Shown in pieces: positions 40,518 to 49,524 of a stretch of DNA of 64,000 nt. Numbering within the stretch: position 1 is the stretch's first letter; each line of letters opens with the position of its first letter. The DNA is taken from positions 44,656 to 108,655 of the forward strand of contig DAOPYN010000007.1 in NCBI GenBank assembly GCA_035352895.1, in the 5' to 3' direction. The notes under the pieces were generated by a model. That model was not told where the DNA came from, ran no database searches, and worked only from the letters and a program-made list of their open reading frames with translations. Source of the DNA: Fibrobacteria bacterium (GTDB lineage: Bacteria > Fibrobacterota > Fibrobacteria > UBA5070). Both the position numbers and the translations under genes were made by a program.

Positions 40518-41378
40518 ATGAAGATCCTGCCCTGGCCCATCCTCATCCTCTCTTCCATCGCCATTCTGGGCTGTTTCGACACCGACGACGACGGCAGTTC
40601 CCCACCCGACCCGTACGCCGACCTACGCCGTCTCCCGGCCGACAAAGGCGGCACCCACACCGCGCACCTTCTGGATTCCGGCAAGAGCCCCTACGAGTAC
40701 GGATATTACCTGTATCTGCCCAGCGGGATGGCCGATACCAGCGGCAAGGCCAAGGTGAGGTATCCGATGGTGGTCTATCTGCACGGCGACGGATCCAACG
40801 ACAACAATCCGCTGGAAGCCGTCCTCAACGAAGGCGTCCCCTACACCATCGCCAATAAGAAATGGCATCCCCCGTTTCCCATGATCGCCGTGGCACCGCA
40901 GAACCACAAGCCGGTCGGCACCTCATGGGACCCTCGGAAGGTCCACGGGTTCATCCAATACCTGTCCAGGACCTATGCCGTCGACTCCACGCGCATCTAC
41001 CTCACCGGCTGCAGCCAAGGCGCAGGTGGCACGTTCAACTACCTGGCCACCCTAAAGTCCGAAGGACTGGTGGCAGCCGCGGTACCGGTGGCGGGCTGGA
41101 CGTCCCCCTCCGCAGCCAAGTCCTTTTCGGTACCCATCTGGGCCTTCCACGGCACCGACGACAAGACACTGAGCGCAGCGAAGGTGGTGGAGGCGATGGC
41201 GGCCTTCCGCACCGCCCGTCCCGACCTCGACTCCCGCGTCACCTTGTTCCCCGGGGTCGGACACGAATTCAACGCATGGTTCTACACCTATGTCTTCGGA
41301 GAGCACGGAGTCGTGGACACCGCCCACCACCCCTTCGACGAGGACATCTACTCGTGGATGCTGCGATTCCGGAAATAG
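40518..41378 (+). CDS. Alpha/beta-hydrolase esterase lipoprotein (prolyl-oligopeptidase/PHB-depolymerase-like esterase fold)
   Basis: Lipobox ILGCF. VVYLHGDG ... GCSQGAGG nucleophile elbow ... His near the C-terminus. Confidence 0.75.
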   Translation: MKILPWPILILSSIAILGCFDTDDDGSSPPDPYADLRRLPADKGGTHTAHLLDSGKSPYEYGYYLYLPSGMADTSGKAKVRYPMVVYLHGDGSNDNNPLEAVLNEGVPYTIANKKWHPPFPMIAVAPQNHKPVGTSWDPRKVHGFIQYLSRTYAVDSTRIYLTGCSQGAGGTFNYLATLKSEGLVAAAVPVAGWTSPSAAKSFSVPIWAFHGTDDKTLSAAKVVEAMAAFRTARPDLDSRVTLFPGVGHEFNAWFYTYVFGEHGVVDTAHHPFDEDIYSWMLRFRK

Positions 41379-41478
41379 GAAGGTCCAGAAGGCATCGTTT
41401 TCTGGACCCTGCGGACTCGAAGTCAACGAATCCGCCCCCCTTTCGGAGTACCTTAGGCTTTCCATTCCTGGAGCGCGC

Positions 41479-42186
41479 ATGACCAAATCCTCATTCTTCA
41501 TCGTCGCCATCGCCAGCCTGCTGGCCTCCTGCACTTCCGACCCCGTTTCCCCAGGTGCCACGGAACCGACCGCGACCCGGTGGCTGTCCACGCCGCAATC
41601 GGACGACGCGGAACTCTACGAACTCTGGACGTCCACCACGGACAGTTTCCGCCTGACCGAATTCGAAAAGGACTCGGTCAATGCATGGAAACTCACCAAC
41701 GTGATGCTGGCTGGGAGAATCGTGGAACGCGATGGAAGCCGCTTGAAGCTGGGTTCGGTGGAGGGAAAGCTCGCAAGTCGGGTGCAAGGGAACTGGATCC
41801 GACTCGATACTTCCCATGGGAAGCGCATCCTGATGCTGGCATCGTACCGACTGGAAGCGACGAAGGCCGATCCGGCGACGTTCCTTGGATTGTGGCACAT
41901 CGAGAACCACTACAAGGTCGGGACCGGCGACGTGGAACTGCGCGAGGAAAGCATCTGGGTATTCGCCAAGAACTCTCGGTTCGAGACCGGGACCTGGTCC
42001 ATCCGCATTCCGACCAAGGAATCGCTGGATTCCAGCGGGATGGACCTCGGGCTTTCCACATACCTCGCCGGAAAGCCCTCCCTCCAGCTGTTCAACAGCG
42101 TCTACCTGGTGGAACCAAACACGACTGGCCTCTGGATCGACCAGTGGGGAGACCAAGCCGCGCTCTCCTTCTCGCCCGCCCCTTAG
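41479..42186 (+). CDS. Hypothetical lipoprotein (235 aa), GC about 59% (below window average)
   Basis: MTKSSFFIVAIASLLASC lipobox. No family recognised. Confidence 0.5.
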   Translation: MTKSSFFIVAIASLLASCTSDPVSPGATEPTATRWLSTPQSDDAELYELWTSTTDSFRLTEFEKDSVNAWKLTNVMLAGRIVERDGSRLKLGSVEGKLASRVQGNWIRLDTSHGKRILMLASYRLEATKADPATFLGLWHIENHYKVGTGDVELREESIWVFAKNSRFETGTWSIRIPTKESLDSSGMDLGLSTYLAGKPSLQLFNSVYLVEPNTTGLWIDQWGDQAALSFSPAP

Positions 42187-42266
42187 CCGAGGACATCCAT
42201 TCCTGGATGCTGCGATACCCAAAGTAGGCTTGGGGTTTGACCCCAATGACGGCAGAGCCTGAATTA

Positions 42267-42305
42267 TCCATGAATATTGGAAGTCAATCATCCTATATTC
42301 ATGGA
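42267..42305. promoter_or_regulatory. Perfect 11-bp inverted repeat TCCATGAATAT-N17-ATATTCATGGA, ending 3 nt before the ATPase ATG; candidate operator
   Basis: Read directly from the sequence. It extends to about 15 bp with one mismatch. Embedded in an AT-rich spacer. Confidence 0.35.
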
Positions 42306-42307
42306 TT

Positions 42308-43441
42308 ATGGACCGCACCCATGACCTCCAGGCTCTGACCAAGCTCTCCAGCTGGTTTCCTGTGACCGGCATCCTGGGCCCTCGCCAATGCGGAAAGACC
42401 ACCATGGCCCGGCAGATCGGCGCCGACCATTTCTTCGATCTGGAACACCCAGGGGATCTCGCCGCTTTGGCATCTCCCATGGCGACTCTGGAACGGCTCT
42501 CCGGGAGGATCGTGCTCGACGAGGTCCAGCGGCGCCCCGACCTGTTTCCCATCATCCGGGTGCTGGTCGATGCTCCCATCGATCGGAAGTTCATCCTGCT
42601 GGGCAGCGCCTCGCCGGACCTCCTGCGGCAATCGTCGGAAAGCCTTGCCGGGCGGATCGCCTACCATCGCCTTGGTGGATTCCGACTTGCGGATGTGGGC
42701 CAAGATTCCTGGCGGGAGCTGTTCCTCCGGGGGGGATTTCCCAGGTCGTTCCTCGCCCCTGACCAGGAATTGTCGTTGCGATGGCGGATGGAATACATCT
42801 CCACCTTCCTCGAGCGGGATCTGCCCATGCTCGGCATCAAGGTCGCGCCGGTCGCCATGCGGAGGTTCTGGACCATGCTGGCGCACGTCCATGGACAGAT
42901 CCTGAACCTGTCGGAAATCGGCAGATCCCTGGATTGCTCCAACCAGACGGTGCGGCACCATCTGGACCTGCTGGAGGGAGCGCTGGTGGTGCGGACCTTG
43001 CCTCCGTGGCACGAGAACGCATCGAAGCGGGTGGTGAAGAGCCCGAAGCCCTACATCCGCGACAGCGGTCTCCTCCATGCCCTGCTCGGCGTCGGGTCCT
43101 GGCAGGCCCTGACCGGACATCCCAAGCTGGGCGCATGCTGGGAAGGTTTCGCCCTGGAGGAGGTCTCGCGCGAACTGGGTGACGGAATCCGTCCCCACTT
43201 CTGGGCCACCCACAACGGCGCCGAGCTCGATCTGTTCTGGGAGGAGAGCGGCAAGCGCTACGGAGTGGAATTCAAGTGGACCGACGCCCCTTCCACCACC
43301 CGTTCCATGCACATCGCCATCGAATCCCTCGAGCTGGAACACCTGTGGGTGATCCACCCCGGATCACGAACCTTCCCCCTGGCAGACAAGATCACCGCGA
43401 TGCCGCTGCACGGATTCGCGGGCCGAGCCTCGACGCTCTGA
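42308..43441 (+). CDS. AAA+ ATPase with C-terminal DUF4143-type domain (COG1373-like)
   Basis: Walker A GPRQCGKTT. Walker B VLDEVQ. Conserved C-terminal region typical of the DUF4143 family. Confidence 0.8.
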   Translation: MDRTHDLQALTKLSSWFPVTGILGPRQCGKTTMARQIGADHFFDLEHPGDLAALASPMATLERLSGRIVLDEVQRRPDLFPIIRVLVDAPIDRKFILLGSASPDLLRQSSESLAGRIAYHRLGGFRLADVGQDSWRELFLRGGFPRSFLAPDQELSLRWRMEYISTFLERDLPMLGIKVAPVAMRRFWTMLAHVHGQILNLSEIGRSLDCSNQTVRHHLDLLEGALVVRTLPPWHENASKRVVKSPKPYIRDSGLLHALLGVGSWQALTGHPKLGACWEGFALEEVSRELGDGIRPHFWATHNGAELDLFWEESGKRYGVEFKWTDAPSTTRSMHIAIESLELEHLWVIHPGSRTFPLADKITAMPLHGFAGRASTL

Positions 43442-43541
43442 TCGCGCCCGATACGCTCCTCAAGCAGCCCAACAACCTTTTTCGGCTTGGAAACAGCGAA
43501 CCCCAGAAAACATTGGCTCCCCAGGGTCCGAATCTTCTGGT

Positions 43542-45659
43542 CTAGTGATTTGAGGGAAAATTCCGTTTGGCTTTCCAGAATACCTCGTTGGAAGAATCAT
43601 CCCAGCTCATCACATAGATCTCTCCATCGATCATTGTCCAATCTGAGTTGGAGTAATTCGTGGTGACTGGAGCTTCAGGAACCACATAACCGTCTCCATC
43701 CCAAAATTGATATATATTCATCGATTTACCAAGCGCACTTGAGTGATATAACCAGAGGAAAGAATCTGCACCAAGCCCATACCAATACCCTGCATATGTA
43801 GAGCGAGAATAAATCCACTCCTTTCGCCGATAACTTCCATCAGATGGCAAACGAGAAACCAAGATTTTATCGGATTGACCATACATTGGAATCAAACCCA
43901 AATAGATTCCCCAACCTTCGATAGGTGTAATTTTTGGCTCAGCGAATTCTTCCACAAATTCCATATCCACTCTCGGATAAACCGTATCTGAAAACGAAAT
44001 TCGATCACTATCAATCTGCCCAAAACGAATGCGACCATGGAGCGCTTTGGAACCGAAGATAAGTGGACGACCAGAATCAACCTCCACACCACCTACCAGA
44101 TAGGCAATTTCATCAGTCAAATAGGTTCGCTTGTTCCAACGCCCCTTTCCATCTAGCGTAAAAGATGAAAGATTGGTCGACCTCTCCGAACAAATAGACC
44201 ACACCGAATTTTGTAAAACCAGCCATTGCGGCATAGCACAATCAAAGGGAACTTCCTCCCAACTCCCTCCAGCTCGAGCGATATTCAATCTGCCACCTGA
44301 ACCCCATATCCATTTCCATCCCTTGAAACCAGGGTTTTCGACTCGTTCCCATTCCAACCACGGAGTGACCTTGGTTTGCTTGTCCTGGGAGAACAGCACC
44401 TCGGGCTGCCCACTGCGTCGCTCCGCCTCCAATCGGTAGGTGAGGAGGGGTTGCTTTTGCTGGAAAACCTTGCTTGCGTTTGGAGAGCCAGCGATCGTGG
44501 AATCGATCACCACCACCGTCGCCGACTTGCAGGCCGAATCCGACCATGCTCCACCGACCGGGTTGCCGGAACAATCCTCCACCCCGTCGGCAAGCCGCTG
44601 CATACGCCATTCCAACACACGCGGATGCCGGAAAGGCTTCCATTGGAACCGCGAGATCTCCTTTGTCGTATCGGTGGTCATCACCATCCCCAACGAATCG
44701 ATCCGGCGCGTCCACTCCGGCGCCTTGGCCACCAGGGTTTTCGCCACCGATCTGGAATCTCCACCACCATTCAAGGCGCGCGTGCGGACCCTGTACACCC
44801 GCTCCCGCGAAGGCCACGGTCCAAGCAAGGGCAAACCTTCCCAGTACGCGGACAACGAATCCTTCCAGGTCGTGTCCTTCAAGAATTGCGTGCCGATCAC
44901 CACGCCGTTCTCCAGCGTTTCCAGCACGTACCCCATCCGGTTGGGATGGTCCACCGCGTTCCAACGTACGCACACATCGCCGGTTCCGGTGTCCGATTCC
45001 GCCCAGATCTCCCGGGGCGCCAGAAGGCCCGTCACGGGAAGGCTCAGGGTGTCGGGGATCACCAGATCCTGTCCATCGCGCAACTGCAGGCGGCGCAGCA
45101 AGGTGCCGTACCCGTCCAGCGTCGTGGTGCCCATCAAGGTGAACAATCCCCCCGGAACCAGATCGATCACGAAGGTCCCGTCCTTCAGGACGTTCGCCGC
45201 GATGTCGGTGCCATACAGCGAAAGGATCACGCTGGCGGGGGTCTCGCCACCCACCAATCGTACCACGCCACGGATCTTGCCCAGGGCAAGCAGAGTGTCG
45301 CGACCCACCCGGGCCCGGCCTCCGGAAATCTGCAGGGTATCCAGGAATTTGCCCAAACTGTCGGAGGCATCGCGCAGGGTCGCCGAATACGCGCCGTCGG
45401 GGACATTGAAGGACGGATATTGTCCTTCCGCCCCGGTGGAGCTGAGGGCGGCAAGCCGTCCGGTGGAATCGCCAGCCTTCACCAGGGCGATCCGCGCCCC
45501 GGCCACGGGGCGTCCCTTGGCGTCCAGGGCAAGACGGGTGTCGATTTCGTCCGAACCTCCGGCCTCACGGTCGGGTTCGATCACGCGCTGTTGGCACCCC
45601 ACAAGGGCGGTGCAGGCGGCCGCGGCAGCAAGCCACGTGCGGGTGTTGAGAGATTTCAT
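43542..45659 (-). CDS. Large hypothetical lipoprotein (705 aa) with a compositionally foreign C-terminal roughly 300-aa module
   Basis: Lipobox LVGCQ. Codon usage switches from GC3-rich (45659 down to about 44460) to about 45% GC (about 44460 down to 43542) within one continuous reading frame. The C-terminal module is W/Y/N/S-rich. Confidence 0.7.
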   Translation of the reverse strand: MKSLNTRTWLAAAAACTALVGCQQRVIEPDREAGGSDEIDTRLALDAKGRPVAGARIALVKAGDSTGRLAALSSTGAEGQYPSFNVPDGAYSATLRDASDSLGKFLDTLQISGGRARVGRDTLLALGKIRGVVRLVGGETPASVILSLYGTDIAANVLKDGTFVIDLVPGGLFTLMGTTTLDGYGTLLRRLQLRDGQDLVIPDTLSLPVTGLLAPREIWAESDTGTGDVCVRWNAVDHPNRMGYVLETLENGVVIGTQFLKDTTWKDSLSAYWEGLPLLGPWPSRERVYRVRTRALNGGGDSRSVAKTLVAKAPEWTRRIDSLGMVMTTDTTKEISRFQWKPFRHPRVLEWRMQRLADGVEDCSGNPVGGAWSDSACKSATVVVIDSTIAGSPNASKVFQQKQPLLTYRLEAERRSGQPEVLFSQDKQTKVTPWLEWERVENPGFKGWKWIWGSGGRLNIARAGGSWEEVPFDCAMPQWLVLQNSVWSICSERSTNLSSFTLDGKGRWNKRTYLTDEIAYLVGGVEVDSGRPLIFGSKALHGRIRFGQIDSDRISFSDTVYPRVDMEFVEEFAEPKITPIEGWGIYLGLIPMYGQSDKILVSRLPSDGSYRRKEWIYSRSTYAGYWYGLGADSFLWLYHSSALGKSMNIYQFWDGDGYVVPEAPVTTNYSNSDWTMIDGEIYVMSWDDSSNEVFWKAKRNFPSNH

Positions 45660-46498
45660 GACGCGTCCTTATTGGTCAGGGGAACGGCGGCGATGGCCAC
45701 CAGGTAGACTCTGTCTGCCGTGAGGGGGTCGCGGTGGGCGATGGCGCGGATCTCCGAGCGCAGTCGGTCCATGCGCACCAGGATCCGATCCAGGCCGGGT
45801 CCGGAAACGGACACGAGCGAGGTGGTGACCTTGCGGGGTGGACGTCCTTCAGGGTCGTGGACCAGGTCGTCGCGGATTTGCTCCAGATGCACCATCTGGG
45901 CTTGCCGAAGGATCTTCTCGGACAACCCCGCCCCGGTGGAAATCGTGGGCTGGGTTGGCTTCCACACCCCATTGGGGTCCTTGGACACCATACCCAACCG
46001 CTCCAGCACCTGGATGGTCTTCTTGACCTCCACGGCCGAGATGGGGAGCAGACTCCGCTTGGAAAGGGCCTCCCAGTCTCCAGTGCATTCGCCCACCATC
46101 AGCAGGGCGCGGACCAGCTGGTTGCGCCAGTCCTTGTAGTACTCCCAACTGTCCCCCGCCGCCTTGGCCCAAGGGACACGATTGAGGGCCACCACATCGT
46201 CGAAGGCCTCCTCGCGCTCGCGGGCGTCGGTGGCCTGGCCAAACCGCACCAAGGCGCGGAAGTACTTGGCCTCCGTGCGGTTGAGTTCGGTGAGATCCAC
46301 CAACCTCTCCACGAAGACCGGACTGACCGGCTTGCCGCGGAGGATGTCGGTGAAGTAGCTGCGCGTGCGTGGCAGTCCCAGGCGGCGACTCACCTCGCTC
46401 TTGGAAAGCTCGGGCTCCACTTCGGTGGACTGGTAGGCGTACCAGGCAGCCAGCCAAGCACGAAAATCGTGGAATTCGTAGATCACTGGTTCGCTCAT
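45656..46498 (-). CDS. TIGR02147-like protein (Fibrobacter-type paralogous family; HTH-like N-terminus), 280 aa
   Basis: N-terminal pattern YEFHDFRAWLAAWY ... SKSEVSRRLGL ... YFTDILRGKP ... EAKYFRALVRFGQA resembles the TIGR02147 family as recalled. The stop overlaps the start of the downstream lipoprotein gene. Confidence 0.55.
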   Translation of the reverse strand: MSEPVIYEFHDFRAWLAAWYAYQSTEVEPELSKSEVSRRLGLPRTRSYFTDILRGKPVSPVFVERLVDLTELNRTEAKYFRALVRFGQATDAREREEAFDDVVALNRVPWAKAAGDSWEYYKDWRNQLVRALLMVGECTGDWEALSKRSLLPISAVEVKKTIQVLERLGMVSKDPNGVWKPTQPTISTGAGLSEKILRQAQMVHLEQIRDDLVHDPEGRPPRKVTTSLVSVSGPGLDRILVRMDRLRSEIRAIAHRDPLTADRVYLVAIAAVPLTNKDAS

Positions 46499-46654
46499 GC
46501 TTTAGAACATAAGCGACTTTCCTATGCACGCGAACTTCAATACGGGCATATCTGGTAGTACACGCTCCAACGCCGTTCTCCGAGAGCGGATGGTCCCGGC
46601 CCACGCAGCGACATGGAAGGAGAGGGTCACATCAGGGGCAAGAAGCCACCACTC

Positions 46655-47944
46655 CTAGAACGATGCCAGTCCCAGCGATTGACGGAGACTCATGGAACTC
46701 ATGTGGTAGCGGAAGCGGCATGAACTCAGTTGCAAACGGGCCTGGGAAAGCTCCGCTTCGGCATCCAGGTAGTCGAGATTGGTCGTCGATCCCGACTCGA
46801 AGCGGGCAATTGCCATCTTCACCGCGGCTTCGTTCTGGCGTACGGCGAGTTCGGAGAGCGCAATCTGCCGGTAGGCGGCGTCCAGCTCCTCCAGCGCGAG
46901 CTGGACCTCCTGGCGGATGCGGCGCGTCACGTTGCGCGCGCTGTCGCGGGCGATGGACAGGGCCACGTCCGATTCCGCGTTCTTGCGGCTCGTCCGTCCT
47001 CCGTCCCACAGGGGAGCGTTGATCTGGAATCCGATCGTTCCGTTGGGGAACGGGGACTCCACGGCCGAATGGGGGATGTTGTAGCCGTCCTTGACTCCCA
47101 CGTTGACATATCCCGTCAGAGTGGGGAGAATCTCCTTCCTGCCGGCGGCCGCAGCGAGCTCAACGGTCGCTTCCCGGACCTTGGCGAGTTTCGTTTCCTG
47201 TCGGGTCGCGACGGCGACGGCAAGCAACGAGTCGAGGTCGCGCGGCGGGGGCACCACCGAGATCGGGAACTCGCGCACGACGATCGAATCCGACGGGACG
47301 AGATCGAGCAGTTCGCGCAAGAGGACGATGCGGCGTGCGCGGTCGCTCTCCACATAGAGCCTCTGTACGCGCCCGCCCGCGATCCTCGCCGCGGTCCGCA
47401 GCGTATCGAACTCCACCGCGCTGCCGCTGGCGAAGCGCTGCGACATGTTGTCGAGATGGTGCTCCAGGTTGCCGATCAGGCTGTCCTGGACGCGCAACGC
47501 GATGTCGTCGTACACGACGCCCGCGAAGGTGGCGACCACCCGGTACTGGATCGCGAGCCGGGCCGCGTCGCGCTGTCCGGCCGCGAGCTCCTCCTGCCGC
47601 AGCGCCTGTCGTTCCTCGATGCCGCGGCGTCCGAAATCGTAGAGAAGCCAGGATGCGTTGAGGTGCGCGTCCCAGGCGTCGTGGGGGGCCGTGTTCCTGT
47701 CGGCGGTGCGGGATACCGGATCGCTGTGCGAGTAGGTGCCGATGCCCGTGAACGTCGGCATGTACGCGGTCTTCGCCGCAGCAGTACGGGCCGAGGCGGC
47801 CTGGATGGCGAGCTCCTGGATGGTCAGATCCGGTCCCTTTTCCAGGGCGCGCGACACGGCGTCCTGGAGAGTGAACACGTACGTCTCGGAATGGACGGCG
47901 AGCGACCCCAGGAGCAGGAGGAACATCGTGCGATGGGGTTTCAT
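46655..47944 (-). CDS. tolC: TolC-family outer-membrane efflux channel
   Basis: Signal peptide MKPHRTMFLLLLGSLAV. Two-repeat OEP architecture. The start overlaps the emrB-like stop (ATGA). Confidence 0.85.
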   Translation of the reverse strand: MKPHRTMFLLLLGSLAVHSETYVFTLQDAVSRALEKGPDLTIQELAIQAASARTAAAKTAYMPTFTGIGTYSHSDPVSRTADRNTAPHDAWDAHLNASWLLYDFGRRGIEERQALRQEELAAGQRDAARLAIQYRVVATFAGVVYDDIALRVQDSLIGNLEHHLDNMSQRFASGSAVEFDTLRTAARIAGGRVQRLYVESDRARRIVLLRELLDLVPSDSIVVREFPISVVPPPRDLDSLLAVAVATRQETKLAKVREATVELAAAAGRKEILPTLTGYVNVGVKDGYNIPHSAVESPFPNGTIGFQINAPLWDGGRTSRKNAESDVALSIARDSARNVTRRIRQEVQLALEELDAAYRQIALSELAVRQNEAAVKMAIARFESGSTTNLDYLDAEAELSQARLQLSSCRFRYHMSSMSLRQSLGLASF

Positions 47945-49521
47945 TGTCTTCCGTTTTCCTTGTCTAGGGGGCGCAGGAGAAGCACCGGAACGAGGCACGA
48001 GGCGGTGACGACTGCGGCGATCCAGAAGTCGTCGTTCACCGCGTTCACGAACGCCGACTTGGCGACGTAGGACTGCAGCACGTAGGCCGAGCGCGTGGCG
48101 ATGTCGCGGGCCGTGCCGCCCGCAGCCTGCGAGACGAACGATCCGATCGAACGCATGACCGCCGCGTACTGCGGCGCGGACGAATCCATGGATGCGCCAT
48201 ACACCGCCGTGTGGTAGGCGATGCGGCTGGTCAGGAGCACCTGGAACGCCGCCGCCCCCACACTGCTCCCGAGCTGCCGGACCACCGACGACAACCCGGA
48301 AGCCTGCGCGATCTCGGCTCGGGGGATGCCTGCCATCGCGTACGACATCAGCGGCGTGTACACGATGCCCAGTCCTACACCGCGCAGGCACAGCGAAAGG
48401 AAGATCGCCGGCGATTCCGTCTGGAGCGAGAGGCTGCTGTTCAGCCAGTAGCCCGTCGCGAGGAGGAGAAGACCCGCGACGGCGGGGATCTTGGGACTCA
48501 GCTTGTCGCCGACGACACCGGCCAGGGGCGAGAACACGGATTGGAACAGGCCCACGGGAAGCATGACCATGCCCGCCTGCAGCGCGGTGTAGCCCAGCGA
48601 GTTCTGCAGGTAGAGCGGGAACATGAAGCCGCTGCCCGTGAGGCCCAATCCCACCACGAAGAGGGCGATGCACGAGAGCGTGAAGTTGACGCGCCGGAAC
48701 AGCCGCAGGTTCACGAGCGGCTGCTTCACGTGCGTCTCGGTGGCGAGGAAAATGGCCAACGAGAGCGCCGCGGCCGCGTAGCACCCCAGCTCGAAGTCGG
48801 AGGTCCAGCCTCCCACGTTCCACTGGGCGTTGCCGCTGGAGAACGCCACGACCGTGAAGGCGAGGAACGTCGACATGGAGACGAAGCCGAGAAAGTCGAA
48901 GGAAAGCTTCGATGCGTGCTGGTAGTCGCGCTGCACCAGCAGCGTGAACAGGATGCAGAACACGCCGACGGGAACGTTGACGAAAAACGTCGCGTGCCAA
49001 CCGAAGTTGTCGATGATGTATCCGCCGAAGGTGGGTCCCAGGGACATCGAGGCGGCGGCGGCGATCATCCAGAATCCCAGGGCCATGCCGCGCTGGCTGG
49101 GAGGGAATTCGCGCGTGACCACCGACATCCCCACCGGCGAGAGGAGCCCCGCCCCTAGGCCCTGGAGGGTGCGGAAGACGATGAGGCTCTTGCCGTTCCA
49201 CGCGAAGCCGGAGGCCAGCGAGAAGAACGTGAAGACACTCATCGCCAGCACGTAGGTGCCTCGGTATCCCAGCCGATTCGACAACCAGGCCGAGGTGGGC
49301 AGCATGATGGCGAACGCGACCATGTAGGCGGTCGCGATCCACTGCGCCGTGTCCAGCGACAGGCCCGTCGAGGCCATGATGTCGGGGAGCGCCACGCTGA
49401 CGAGCGTGCCCGCCAGCGACGAGATGAACGTGCCGACCATGATGTTGAGCAGAACCCACCACCTGTACGAGTTGTGCTCGTGGTGCAGCGACGGCACCAT
49501 GGCGATGATCGCCTGCTTCAT
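47941..49521 (-). CDS. emrB: MFS drug:H+ antiporter, DHA2 (EmrB-like, 14-TMS) family
   Basis: 14 hydrophobic segments with DHA2 motifs (GxLaDrxGrkxxl-like, LGYRGTYVLA). Confidence 0.9.
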   Translation of the reverse strand: MKQAIIAMVPSLHHEHNSYRWWVLLNIMVGTFISSLAGTLVSVALPDIMASTGLSLDTAQWIATAYMVAFAIMLPTSAWLSNRLGYRGTYVLAMSVFTFFSLASGFAWNGKSLIVFRTLQGLGAGLLSPVGMSVVTREFPPSQRGMALGFWMIAAAASMSLGPTFGGYIIDNFGWHATFFVNVPVGVFCILFTLLVQRDYQHASKLSFDFLGFVSMSTFLAFTVVAFSSGNAQWNVGGWTSDFELGCYAAAALSLAIFLATETHVKQPLVNLRLFRRVNFTLSCIALFVVGLGLTGSGFMFPLYLQNSLGYTALQAGMVMLPVGLFQSVFSPLAGVVGDKLSPKIPAVAGLLLLATGYWLNSSLSLQTESPAIFLSLCLRGVGLGIVYTPLMSYAMAGIPRAEIAQASGLSSVVRQLGSSVGAAAFQVLLTSRIAYHTAVYGASMDSSAPQYAAVMRSIGSFVSQAAGGTARDIATRSAYVLQSYVAKSAFVNAVNDDFWIAAVVTASCLVPVLLLRPLDKENGRQ

Positions 49522-49524
49522 GGA

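Noticed and set aside
42187-42307. AT-rich spacer with inverted repeats, considered as a MITE or IS remnant
   Set aside because: No terminal inverted repeats with flanking target-site duplication and no transposase were seen. It is interpreted instead as a promoter/operator region.
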